Assembly: GCF_009914755.1 (NCBI RefSeq)
Contig: NC_060935.1
Source: the human T2T-CHM13v2.0 reference genome, Homo sapiens
Length of the DNA stretch: 64,000 nt
Strand: one strand, 5' to 3'
Part shown: piece after piece, positions 11,201-24,900 of the stretch
How the letters are laid out: each line of letters opens with the position of its first letter
How positions within the stretch are numbered: position 1 is the first letter of the stretch
Position numbers and translations under genes: made by a program
The notes under the pieces: model-generated
Told to the model about the DNA's origin: nothing
Seen by the model: only the letters and a program-made list of their open reading frames with translations
The model's database searches: none

Positions 11201-14200
11201 CACAGAGTTGAACCTTGCTTTCATAGTTCAGCTTTCAAACACTCTTTTTGTAGAATCTGCAAGTGGATATTTGGACCACTTTGTGGTCTTCCTTCGAAAC
11301 GGGTATATCTTCACATCAAACCTAGACAGAAGCATTCTCAGAATGTTTCCTGTGATGACTGCATTCAACTCACAGAGGTGAACAATCCTGCTGATGGAGC
11401 AGTTTTGAAACTCTCTTTCTTTGGATTCTGCATGTGGATATGTTGACCTCTGTGAAGATTTCGTTGGAAACGGGTTCATCTTCACAGAAAAACTAAACAG
11501 GAGCATTCTCAGAAACTGCTTTGTGATGTTTGTGTTCCACTTCAAGAATTGAACTTTCCTCTTGACAGAGCAGCTCTGAAACCCTCTTTTTCTAGAATCT
11601 GCAAGTGGACATTTGGAAGGATTTGAGGCCTGTGGTGGAAAAGGAAAATCTTCACATAAAAACTAGATGGAAGCATTCTCAGAAACTACTTTGTGATGAT
11701 TGCATTCGACGCACAGAGTTGAACATTCCTATAGAGAGAGCAGGTTGTAAACAATCTTTTTGTAGAATCTGCGATTGGAGATTTGGACTGCTTTGAGGCT
11801 TACTGTAGTAAAGGAAATAACTTCATCTAAAAACCAAACGGAAGCATTCACAGACAATTCTTAGTGATCATTGGATTGAGCTAACAGAGCTGAACATTCC
11901 TTTAGATGGAGCAGTTTCCAAACCCACTTTCTGTAGAATCTGCAAGTGGATATTTGTACTTCTCTGAGGATTTCGTTGGAAACGGGATAAACTTCCCAGA
12001 ACTACACGGAAGCATTGTGAGAAACTTCTTTGTGATGTTTGCATTCAACTCACAGAGTTGAACCTTGCTTTCATAGTTCAGCTTTCAAACACTCTTTTTG
12101 TAGAATCTGCAAGTGGATATTTGGACCACTTTGTGGCCTTCCTTCGAAACGGGTATATCTTCACATCAAACCTAGACAGAAGCATTCTCAGAATGTTTCC
12201 TGTGATGACTGCATTCAACTCACAGAGGTGAACAATCCTGCTGATGGAGCAATTTTGAAACTCTCTTTCTTTGGATTCTGCAAGTGGATATGTGGACCTC
12301 TGTGAAGATTTCGTTGGAAACGGGTTCATCTTCACAGAAAAACTAAACAGAAGCATTCTCAGAAACTGCTTTGTGATGTTTGTGTTCCACTTCATGAATT
12401 GAACTTTCCTCTTGACAGAGCAGCTCTGAAACCCTCTTATTCTAGAATCTGCAAGTGGACATTTGGAGGGCTTTGAGGCCTGTGGTGGAAAAGGAAAATC
12501 TTCACATAAAAACTAGATGGAAGCATTCTCAGAAACTACTTTGTGATGATTGCATTCGACTCACAGAGTTGAACATTCCTATAGATAGAGCAGGTTGTAA
12601 ACAATCTTTTTGTAGAATCTGCGATTGGAGATTTGGACTGCTTTGAGGCCTACTGTAGTAAAGGAAATAACTTCATCTAAAAACCAAACGGAAGCATTCA
12701 CAGACAATTCTTAGTGATCATTGCATTGAACTAACAGAGCTGAACATTCCTTTAGATGGCGCAGTTTCCAAACACACTTTCTGTAGAATCTGCAAGTGGA
12801 TATTTGGACTTCTCTGAGGATTTCGTTGGAAACGGGATAAACTTCCCAGAACTACACGGAAGCATTGTGAGAAACTTCTTTGTGATGTTTGCATTCAACT
12901 CACAGAGTTGAAATTGCTTTCATAGTTCAGCTTTCAAACACTCTTTTTGTAGAATCTGCAAGTGGATATTTGGACCACTTTGTGGCCTTCCTTCGAAACG
13001 GGTATATCTTCACATCAAACCTAGACATAAGCATTCTCAGAATGTTTCCTGTGAAGACTGCATTCAACTCACAGAGATGAACAATCCTGTTGATGGAGCA
13101 CTTTGGAAACTCTCTTTCTTTGGATTCTGCAAGTTGATATGTGGACCTCTGTGAAGATTTCGTTGGAAACGGGTTCATCTTCACAGAAAAACTAAACAGA
13201 AGCATTCTCAAAAACTACTTTGTGATGTTTGTGTTCCACTTCAAGAATTGAACTTTCCTCTTGACAGAGCAGTTCTGAAAACCTCTTTTTCTAGAATCTG
13301 CAAGTGGACATTTGGAGGGCTTTGAGGCCTGTGGTGGAAAAGGAAAATCTTCACATAAAAACTAGATGGAAGCATTCTCAGAAACTACTTTGTGATGATT
13401 GCATTCGACTCACAGAGTTGAACATTCCTATAGATAGAGCAGGTTGTAAACAATCTTTTTGTAGAATCTGCGATTGGAGATTCGGACTGCTTTGAGGCCT
13501 ACTGTAGTAAAGGAAATAACTTCATCTAAAAACCAAACGGAAGCATTCACAGACAATTCTTAGTGATCATTGCATTGAACTAACAGAGCTGAACATTCCT
13601 TTACATGGCGCAGTTTCCAAACACACTTTCTGTAGAATCTGCAAGTGGATATTTGGACCTCTCTGAGGATTTCGTTGGAAACGGGATAAACTTCCCAGAA
13701 CTACACGGAAGCATGCTGAGAAACTTCTTTGTGATGTTTGCATTCAACTCACAGAGTTGAACCTTGCTTTCATAGTTCAGCTTTCAAACACTTTTTTTGT
13801 AGAATCTGCAAGTGGATATTTGGACCACTTTGTGGCCTTCCTTCGAAACGGGTATATCTTCACATCAAACCTAGACAGAAGCATTCTCAGAATGTTTCCT
13901 GTGATGACTGCATTCAACTCACAGAGGTGAACAATCCTGCTGATGGAGGAGTTTTGAAACTCTCTTTCTTTGGATTCTGCAAGTGGATATGTGGACCTCT
14001 GTGAAGATTTCGTTGGAAACGGGTTCATCTTCACAGAAAAACTAAACAGAAGCATTCTCAGAAACTGCTTTGTGATGTTTGTGTTCCACTTCAGGAATTG
14101 AACTTTCCTCTTGACAGAGCAGCTCTGAAACCCTCTTATTCTAGAATCTGCAAGTGGACATTTGGAGGGCTTTGAGGCCTGTGGTGGAAAAGGAAAATCT

Positions 14201-17200
14201 TCACATAAAAACTAGATGGAAGCATTCTCAGAAACTACTTTGTGATGATTGCATTCGACTCACAGAGTTGAACATTCCTATAGATAGAGCAGGTTGTAAA
14301 CAATCTTTTTCTAGAATCTGCTATTGGAGATTTGGACTGCTTTGAGGCCTACTGTAGTAAAGGAAATAACTTCATCTAAAAACCAAACGGAAGCATTCAC
14401 AGACAATTCTCAGTGATCATTGGATTGAACTAACAGAGCTGAACATTCCTTTAGATGGAGCAGTTTCCAAACAAACTTTCTGTAGAATCTGCAAGTGGAT
14501 ATTTGGACTTCTCTGAGAATTTCGTTGGAAAAGGGATAAACTTCCCAGAACTACACGGAAGCATTGTGAGAAACTTCTTTGTGATGTTTGCATTCAACTC
14601 ACAGAGTTGAACCTTGCTTTCATAGTTCAGCTTTCAAACACTCTTTTTGTAGAATCTGCAAGTGGATATTTGGACCACTTTGTGGCCTTCCTTCGAAACG
14701 GGTATATCTTCACATCAAACCTAGACAGAAGCATTCTCAGAATGTTTCCTGTGATGACTGCATTCAACTCACAGAGGTGAACAATCCTGCTGATGGAGCA
14801 GTTTTGAAACTCTCTTTCTTTGGATTCTGCATGTGGATATGTTGACCTCTGTGAAGATTTCGTTGGAAACGGGTTCATCTTCACAGAAAAACTAAACAGG
14901 AGCATTCTCAGAAACTGCTTTGTGATGTTTGTGTTCCACTTCAAGAATTGAACTTTCCTCTTGACAGAGCAGCTCTGAAACCCTCTTTTTCTAGAATCTG
15001 CAAGTGGACATTTGGAAGGATTTGAGGCCTGTGGTGGAAAAGGAAAATCTTCACATAAAAACTAGATGGAAGCATTCTCAGAAACTACTTTGTGATGATT
15101 GCATTCGACGCACAGAGTTGAACATTCCTATAGAGAGAGCAGGTTGTAAACAATCTTTTTGTAGAATCTGCGATTGGAGATTTGGACTGCTTTGAGGCTT
15201 ACTGTAGTAAAGGAAATAACTTCATCTAAAAACCAAACGGAAGCATTCACAGACAATTCTTAGTGATCATTGGATTGAGCTAACAGAGCTGAACATTCCT
15301 TTAGATGGAGCAGTTTCCAAACCCACTTTCTGTAGAATCTGCAAGTGGATATTTGTACTTCTCTGAGGATTTCGTTGGAAACGGGATAAACTTCCCAGAA
15401 CTACACGGAAGCATTGTGAGAAACTTCTTTGTGATGTTTGCATTCAACTCACAGAGTTGAACCTTGCTTTCATAGTTCAGCTTTCAAACACTCTTTTTGT
15501 AGAATCTGCAAGTGGATATTTGGACCACTTTGTGGCCTTCCTTCGAAACGGGTATATCTTCACATCAAACCTAGACAGAAGCATTCTCAGAATGTTTCCT
15601 GTGATGACTGCATTCAACTCACAGAGGTGAACAATCCTGCTGATGGAGCAATTTTGAAACTCTCTTTCTTTGGATTCTGCAAGTGGATATGTGGACCTCT
15701 GTGAAGATTTCGTTGGAAACCGGTTCATCTTCACAGAAAAACTAAACAGAAGCATTCTCAGAAACTGCTTTGTGATGTTTGTGTTCCACTTCAGGAATTG
15801 AACTTTCCTCTTGACAGAGCAGCTCTGAAACCCTCTTATTCTAGAATCTGCAAGTGGACATTTGGAGGGCTTTGAGGCCTGTGGTGGAAAAGGAAAATCT
15901 TCACATAAAAACTAGATGGAAGCATTCTCAGAAACTACTTTGTGATGATTGCATTCGACTCACAGAGTTGAACATTCCTATAGATAGAGCAGGTTGTAAA
16001 CAATCTTTTTGTAGAATCTGCGATTGGAGATTTGGACTGCTTTGAGGCCTACTGTAGTAAAGGAAATAACTTCATCTAAAAACCAAACGGAAGCATTCAC
16101 AGACAATTCTTAGTGATCATTGCATTGAACTAACAGAGCTGAACATTCCTTTAGATGGCGCAGTTTCCAAACCCACTTTCTGTAGAATCTGCAAGTGGAT
16201 ATTTGGACTTCTCTGAGGATTTCGTTGGAAACGGGATAAACTTCCCAGAACTACACGGAAGCATTGTGAGAAACTTCTTTGTGATGTTTGCATTCAACTC
16301 ACAGAGTTGAAACTTGCTTTCATAGTTCAGCTTTCAAACACTCTTTTTGTAGAATCTGCAAGTGGATATTTGGACCACTTTGTGGCCTTCCTTCGAAACG
16401 GGTATATCTTCACATCAAACCTAGACATAAGCATTCTCAGAATGTTTCCTGTGAAGACTGCATTCAACTCACAGAGATGAACAATCCTGTTGATGGAGCA
16501 CTTTGGAAACTCTCTTTCTTTGGATTCTGCAAGTTGATATGTGGACCTCTGTGAAGATTTCGTTGGAAACGGGTTCATCTTCACAGAAAAACTAAACAGA
16601 AGCATTCTCAAAAACTACTTTGTGATGTTTGTGTTCCACTTCAAGAATTGAACTTTCCTCTTGACAGAGCAGTTCTGAAAACCTCTTTTTCTAGAATCTG
16701 CAAGTGGACATTTGGAGGGCTTTGAGGCCTGTGGTGGAAAAGGAAAATCTTCACATAAAAACTAGATGGAAGCATTCTCAGAAACTACTTTGTGATGATT
16801 GCATTCGACTCACAGAGTTGAACATTCCTATAGATAGAGCAGGTTGTAAACAATCTTTTTGTAGAATCTGCGATTGGAGATTCGGACTGCTTTGAGGCCT
16901 ACTGTAGTAAAGGAAATAACTTCATCTAAAAACCAAACGGAAGCATTCACAGACAATTCTTAGTGATCATTGCATTGAACTAACAGAGCTGAACATTCCT
17001 TTACATGGCGCAGTTTCCAAACACACTTTCTGTAGAATCTGCAAGTGGATATTTGGACCTCTCTGAGGATTTCGTTGGAAACGGGATAAACTTCCCAGAA
17101 CTACACGGAAGCATGCTGAGAAACTTCTTTGTGATGTTTGCATTCAACTCACAGAGTTGAACCTTGCTTTCATAGTTCAGCTTTCAAACACTTTTTTTGT

Positions 17201-18960
17201 AGAATCTGCAAGTGGATATTTGGACCACTTTGTGGCCTTCCTTCGAAACGGGTATATCTTCACATCAAACCTAGACAGAAGCATTCTCAGAATGTTTCCT
17301 GTGATGACTGCATTCAACTCACAGAGGTGAACAATCCTGCTGATGGAGGAGTTTTGAAACTCTCTTTCTTTGGATTCTGCAAGTGGATATGTGGACCTCT
17401 GTGAAGATTTCGTTGGAAACGGGTTCATCTTCACAGAAAAACTAAACAGAAGCATTCTCAGAAACTGCTTTGTGATGTTTGTGTTCCACTTCAGGAATTG
17501 AACTTTCCTCTTGACAGAGCAGCTCTGAAACCCTCTTATTCTAGAATCTGCAAGTGGACATTTGGAGGGCTTTGAGGCCTGTGGTGGAAAAGGAAAATCT
17601 TCACATAAAAACTAGATGGAAGCATTCTCAGAAACTACTTTGTGATGATGGCTTTCGACTCACAGAGTTGAACATTCCTATAGATAGAGCAGGTTGTAAA
17701 CAATCTTTTTCTAGAATCTGCTATTGGAGATTTGGACTGCTTTGAGGCCTACTGTAGTAAAGGAAATAACTTCATCTAAAAACCAAACGGAAGCATTCAC
17801 AGACAATTCTCAGTGATCATTGGATTGAACTAACAGAGCTGAACATTCCTTTAGATGGAGCAGTTTCCAAACAAACTTTCTGTAGAATCTGCAAGTGGAT
17901 ATTTGGACTTCTCTGAGAATTTCGTTGGAAAAGGGATAAACTTCCCAGAACTACACGGAAGCATTGTGAGAAACTTCTTTGTGATGTTTGCATTCAACTC
18001 ACAGAGTTGAACCTTGCTTTCATAGTTCAGCTTTCAAACACTCTTTTTGTAGAATCTGCAAGTGGATATTTGGACCACTTTGTGGCCTTCCTTCGAAACG
18101 GGTATATCTTCACATCAAACCTAGACAGAAGCATTCTCAGAATGTTTCCTGTGATGACTGCATTCAACTCACAGAGGTGAACAATCCTGCTGATGGAGCA
18201 GTTTTGAAACTCTCTTTCTTTGGATTCTGCATGTGGATATGTTGACCTCTGTGAAGATTTCGTTGGAAACGGGTTCATCTTCACAGAAAAACTAAACAGG
18301 AGCATTCTCAGAAACTGCTTTGTGATGTTTGTGTTCCACTTCAAGAATTGAACTTTCCTCTTGACAGAGCAGCTCTGAAACCCTCTTTTTACAGAATCTG
18401 CAAGTGGACATTTGGAAGGATTTGAGGCCTGTGGTGGAAAAGGAAAATCTTCACATAAAAACTAGATGGAAGCATTCTCAGAAACTACTTTGTGATGATT
18501 GCATTCGACGCACAGAGTTGAACATTCCTATAGAGAGAGCAGGTTGTAAACAATCTTTTTGTAGAATCTGCGATTGGAGATTTGGACTGCTTTGAGGCTT
18601 ACTGTAGTAAAGGAAATAACTTCATCTAAAAACCAAACGGAAGCATTCACAGACAATTCTTAGTGATCATTGGATTGAGCTAACAGAGCTGAACATTCCT
18701 TTAGATGGAGCAGTTTCCAAACCCACTTTCTGTAGAATCTGCAAGTGGATATTTGTACTTCTCTGAGGATTTCGTTGGAAACGGGATAAACTTCCCAGAA
18801 CTACACGGAAGCATTGTGAGAAACTTCTTTGTGATGTTTGCATTCAACTCACAGAGTTGAACCTTGCTTTCATAGTTCAGCTTTCAAACACTCTTTTTGT
18901 AGAATCTGCAAGTGGATATTTGGACCACTTTGTGGCCTTCCTTCGAAACGGGTATATCTT
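5220..18960 (+). repeat. 4-HOR super-repeat (3,399-3,400 bp), four tandem copies
   Basis: Four distinguishable HOR haplotypes recur in fixed order four times. ORF-track tags: GAI at 5240/8640/12039/15438; VET/VEI at 6090/9490/12889/16288; HFF-GGV at 6940/10339/13738/17138; CMWIC at 7790/11189/14588/17988. Boundaries are approximate. Confidence 0.88.
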
Positions 18961-21900
18961 CCCATCAAACCTAGACAGAAGCATTCTCAGAATGTTTCCT
19001 GTGATGACTGCATTCAACTCACAGAGGTGAACAATCCTGTTGATGGAGCACTTTTGAAACTCTCTTTCTTTGGATTCTGCAAGTTGATATGTGGACCTCT
19101 GTGAAGATTTCGTTGGAAACGGGTTCATCTTCACAGAAAAACTAAACAGAAGCATTCTCAGAAACTACTTTGTGATGTTTGTGTTCCACTTCAAGAATTG
19201 AACTTTCGTCTTGACAGAGCAGCTCTGAAACCCTCTTTTTCTAGAATCTGCAAGTGGACATTTGGAGGGCTTTGAGGCCTGTGGTGGAAAAGGAAAATCT
19301 TCACATAAAAACTAGATGGAAGCATTCTCAGAAACTACTTTGTGATGATTGCACTCGACTCACAGAGTTGAACATTCCTATAGATAGAGCAGGTTGTAAA
19401 CAATCTTTTTGTAGAATCTGCGATTGGAGATTTGGACTGCTTTGAGGCCTACTGTAGTAAAGGAAATAACTTCATCTAAAAACCAAACGGAAGCATTCAC
19501 AGACAATTCTTAGTGATCATTGCATTGAACTAACAGAGCTGAACATTCCTTTAGATGGCGCAGTTTCCAAACACACTTTCTGTAGAATCTGCAAGTGGAT
19601 ATTTGGACCTCTCTGAGGATTTCGTTGGAAACGGGATAAACTTCCCAGAACTACACGGAAGCATGCTGAGAAACTTCTTTGTGATGTTTGCATTCAACTC
19701 ACAGAGTTGAACCTTGCTTTCATAGTTCAGCTTTCAAACACTCTTTTTGTAGAATCTGCAAGTGGATATTTGGACCACTTTGTGGCCTTCCTTCGAAACG
19801 GGTATATCTTCACATCAAACCTAGACAGAAGCATTCTCAGAATGTTTCCTGTGATGACTGCATTCAACTCACAGAGGTGAACAATCCTGCTGATGGAGCA
19901 ATTTTGAAACTCTCTTTCTTTGGATTCTGCAAGTGGATATGTGGACCTCTGTGAAGATTTCGTTGGAAACGGGTTCATCTTCACAGAAAAACTAAACAGA
20001 AGCATTCTCAGAAACTGCTTTGTGATGTTTGTGTTCCACTTCAGGAATTGAACTTTCCTCTTGACAGAGCAGCTCTGAAACCCTCTTATTCTAGAATCTG
20101 CAAGTGGACATTTGGAGGGGTTTGAGGCCTGTGGTGGAAAAGGAAAATCTTCACATAAAAACTAGATGGAAGCATTCTCAGAAACTACTTTGTGATGATT
20201 GCATTCGACTCACAGAGTTGAACATTCCTATAGATAGAGCAGGTTGTAAACAATCTTTTTGTAGAATCTGCGATTGGAGATTTGGACTGCTTTGAGGCCT
20301 ACTGTAGTAAAGGAAATAACTTCATCTAAAAACCAAACGGAAGCATTCACAGACAATTCTTAGTGATCATTGCATTGAACTAACAGAGCTGAACATTCCT
20401 TTAGATGGAGCAGTTTCCAAACACACTTTCTGTAGAACCTGCAAGTGGATATTTGGACCTCTCTGAGGATTTCGTTGGAAACGGGATAAACTTCCCAGAG
20501 CTACACGGAAGCATTGTGAGAAACTTCTTTGTGATGTTTGCATTCAACTCACAGAGTTGAACCTTGCTTTCATAGTTCAGCTTTCAAACACTCTTTTTGT
20601 AGAATCTGCAAGTGGATATTTGGACCACTTTGTGGCCTTCCTTCGAAACGGGTATATCTTCACATCAAACCTAGACAGAAGCATTCTCAGAATGTTTCCT
20701 GTGATGACTGCATTCAACTCACAGAGGTGAACAATTCTGCTGATGGAGCAGTTTTGAAACTCTCTTTCTTTGGATTCTGCAAGTGGATATGTGGACCTCT
20801 ATGAAGATTTCGTTGGAAACGGGTTCATCTTCACAGAAAAACTAAACAGAAACATTCTCACAAACTGCTTTGTGATGTTTGTGTTCCACTTCAGGAATTG
20901 AACTTTCCTCTTGACAGAGCAGCTCTGAAACCCTCTTTTTCTAGAATCTACAAGTGGACATTTGGAGGGCTTTGAGGCCTGTGGTGGAAAAGGAAAATCT
21001 TCACATAAAAACTAGATGGAAGCATTCTCAGAAACTACTTTGTGATGATTGCATTCGACTCACAGAGTTGAACATTCCTATAGATAGAGCAGGTTGTAAA
21101 CAATCTTTTTGTAGAATCTGCGATTGGAGATTTGGACTGCTTTGAGGCCTACTGTAGTAAAGGAAATAACTTCATCTAAAAACCAAACGGAAGCATTCAC
21201 AGACAATTCTTAGTGATCATTGGATTGAACTAACAGAGCTGAACATTCCTTTAGATGGCGCAGTTTCCAAACACACTTTCTGTAGAATCTGCAAGTGGAT
21301 ATTTGGACTTCTCTGAGGATTTCGTTGGAAACGGGATAAACTTCCCAGAACTACACGGAAGCATTGTGAGAAACTTCTTTGTGATGTTTCCATTCAACTC
21401 ACAGAGTTGAACCTTGCTTTCATAGTTCAGCTTTCAAACCCTCTTTTTGTAGAATCTGCAAGTGGATATTTGGGCCACTTTGTGGCCTTCCTTCGAAACG
21501 GGTATATCTTCACATCAAACCTAGACAGAAGCATTCTCAGAATGTTTCCTGTGATGACTGCATTCAACTCACAGAGGTGAACAATCCTGCTGATGGAGCA
21601 GTTTTGAAACTCTCTTTCTTTGGATTCTGCAAGTGGATATGTGGACCTCTGTGAAGATTTCGTTGGAAACGGGTTCATCTTCACAGAAAAACTAAACAGA
21701 AGCATTCTCAGAAACTGCTTTGTGATGTTTGTGTTCCACTTCAGGAATTGAACTTTCCTCTTGACAGAGCAGCTCTGAAACCCTCTTATTCTATAATCTG
21801 CAAGTGGACATTTGGAGTGCTTTGAGGCCTGTGGTGGAAAAGGAAAATCTTCACATAAAAACTAGATGGAAGCATTCTCAGAAACTACTTTGTGATGATT

Positions 21901-24900
21901 GCATTCGACTCACAGAGTTGAACATTCCTATAGATAGAGCAGGTTGTAAACAATCTTTTTGTAGAAAATGCGATTGGAGATTTGGACTGCTTTGAGGCCT
22001 ACTGTAGTAAAGGAAATAACTTCATCTAAAAACCAAACGGAAGCATTCACAGACAATTCTTAGTGATCATTGGATTGAACTAACAGAGCTGAACATTCCT
22101 TTAGATGGAGCAGTTTGCAAACCCACTTTCTGTAGAATCTGCAAGTGGATATTTGGACTTCTCTGAGGATTTCGTTGGAAACGGGATAAACTTCCCAGAA
22201 CTACACGGAAGCATTGTGAGAAACTTCTTTGTGATGTTTGCATTCAACTCACAGAGTTGAACCTTGCTTTCATAGTTCAGCTTTCAAACACTCTTTTTGT
22301 AGAATCTGCAAGTGGATATTTGGACCACTTTGTGGCCTTCCTTCGAAACGGGTATATCTTCACATCAAACCTAGACAGAAGCATTCTCAGAATGTTTCCT
22401 GTGATGACTGCATTCAACTCACAGAGGTGAACAATCCTGCTGATGGAGCAGTTTTGAAACTCTCTTTCTTTGGATTCTACAAGTGGATATGTGGACCTCT
22501 GTGAAGATTTCGTTGGAAACGGGTTCATCTTCACAGAAAAACTAAACAGAAGCATTCTCAGAAACTGCTTTGTGATGTTTGTGTTCCACTTCAGGAATTG
22601 AACTTTCCTCTTGACAGAGCAGCTCTGAAACCCTCTTATTCTAGAATCTGCAAGTGGACATTTGGAGGGCTTTGAGGCCTGTGGTGGAAAAGGAAAATCT
22701 TCACATAAAAACTAGATGGAAGCATTCTCAGAAACTACTTTGTGATGATGGCTATCGACTCACAGAGTTGAACATTCCTATAGATAGAGCAGGTTGTAAA
22801 CAATCTTTTTGTAGAATCTGCGATTGGAGATTTGGACTGCTTTGAGGCCTACTGTAGTAAAGGAAATAACTTCATCTAAAAACCAAACTGAAGCATTCAC
22901 AGACAATACTTAGTGATCATTGGATTGAACTAACAGAGCTGAACATTCCTTTAGATGGAGCAGTTTCCAAACACGCTTTCTGTAGAATCTGCAAGTGGAT
23001 ATTTGGACTTCTCTGAGGATTTCGTTGGAAACGGGATAAAATTCCCAGAACTACACGGAAGCATTCTGAGAAACTTCTTTGTAATGTTTTCATTCAACTC
23101 ACAGAGTTGAACCTTGCTTTCATAGTTCAGCTTTCAAACACTCTTTTTGTACAATCTGCAAGTGGATATTTGGACCACTTTGTGGCCTTCCTTCGAAACG
23201 GGTATATCTTCATATCAAACCTAGACAGAAGCATTCTCAGAATGTTTCCTGTGATGACTGCATTCAACTCACAGAGGTGAACAATCCTGCTGATGGAGCA
23301 GTTTTGAAACTCTCTTTCTTTGGATTCTGCAAGTGGATATGTGGACCTCTGTGAAGATTTCGTTGGAAACGGGTTCATCTTCACAGAAAAACTAAACAGA
23401 AGCATTCTCAGAAACTGCTTTGTGATGTTTGTGTTCCACTTCAGGAATTGAACTTTCCTCTTGACAGAGCAGCTCTGAAACCCTCTTTTTCTAGAATCTG
23501 CAAGTGGACATTTGGAGGGCTTTGAGGCCTGTGGTGGAAAAGGAAAATCTTCACATAAAAACTAGATGGAAGCATTCTCAGAAACTACTTTGTGATGATT
23601 GCATTCGACTCACAGAGTTGAACATTCCTATAGATAGAGCAGGTTGTAAACAATCTTTTTGTAGAATCTGCGATTGGAGATTTGGACTGCTTTGAGGCCT
23701 ACTGTAGTAAAGGAAATAACTTCATCTAAAAACCAAACGGAAGCATTCACAGACAATTCTTAGTGATCATTGGATTGAACTAACAGAGCTGAACATTCCT
23801 TTAGATGGCGCAGTTTCCAAACACACTTTCTGTAGAATCTGCAAGTGGATATTTGGACTTCTCTGAGGATTTCGTTGGAAACGGGATAAACTTCCCAGAA
23901 CTACACGGAAGCATTGTGAGAAACATCTTTGTGATGTTTGCATTCAACTCACAGAGTTGAACCTTGCTTTCATAGTTCAGCTTTCAAACCCTCTTTTTGT
24001 AGAATCTGCAAGTAGATATTTGGGCCACTTTGTGGCCTTCCTTCGAAACGGGTATATCTTCACATCAAACCTAGACAGAAGCATTCTCAGAATGTTTCCT
24101 GTGATGACTGCATTCAACTCACAGAGGTGAACAATCCTGCTGATGGAGCAGTTTTGAAACTCTCTTTCTTTGGATTCTGCAAGTGGATATGTGGACCTCT
24201 GTGAAGATTTCGTTGGAAACGGGTTCATCTTCACAGAAAAACTAAACAGGAGCATTCTCAGAAACTGCTTTGTGATGTTTGTGTTCCACTTCAAGAATTG
24301 AACTTTCCTCTTGACAGAGCAGCTCTGAAACCCTATTTTTCTAGAATCTGCAAGTGGACATTTGGAGGGCTTTGAGGCCTGTGGTGGAAAAGGAAAATCT
24401 TCACATAAAAACTAGATGGAAGCATTCTCAGAAACTACTTTGTGATGATTGCATTCGACTCACAGAGTTGAACATTCCTATAGATAGAGCAGGTTGTAAA
24501 CAATCTTTTTCTAGAATCTGCGATTGGAGATTTGGACAGCTTTGAGGCCTACTGTAGTAAAGGAAATAACTTCATCTAAAAACCAAACGGAAGCATTCAC
24601 AGACAATTCTTAGTGATCATTGGATTGAACTAACAGAGCTGAAGATTCCTTTAGATGGAGCAGTTTCCAAACCCACTTTCTGTAGAATCTGCAAGTGGAT
24701 ATTGGGACTTCTCTGAGGATTTCGTTAGAAATGGGATAAACTTCCCAGAACTACAGGGAAGCATTGTGAGAAACTTCTTTGTGATGTTTGCATTCAACTC
24801 ACAGAGTTGAACCTTGCTTTCATAGTTCAGCTTTCAAACACTCTTTTTGTAGAATCTGCAAGTGGATATTTGGACCACTTTGTGGCCTTCCTTCGAAACG

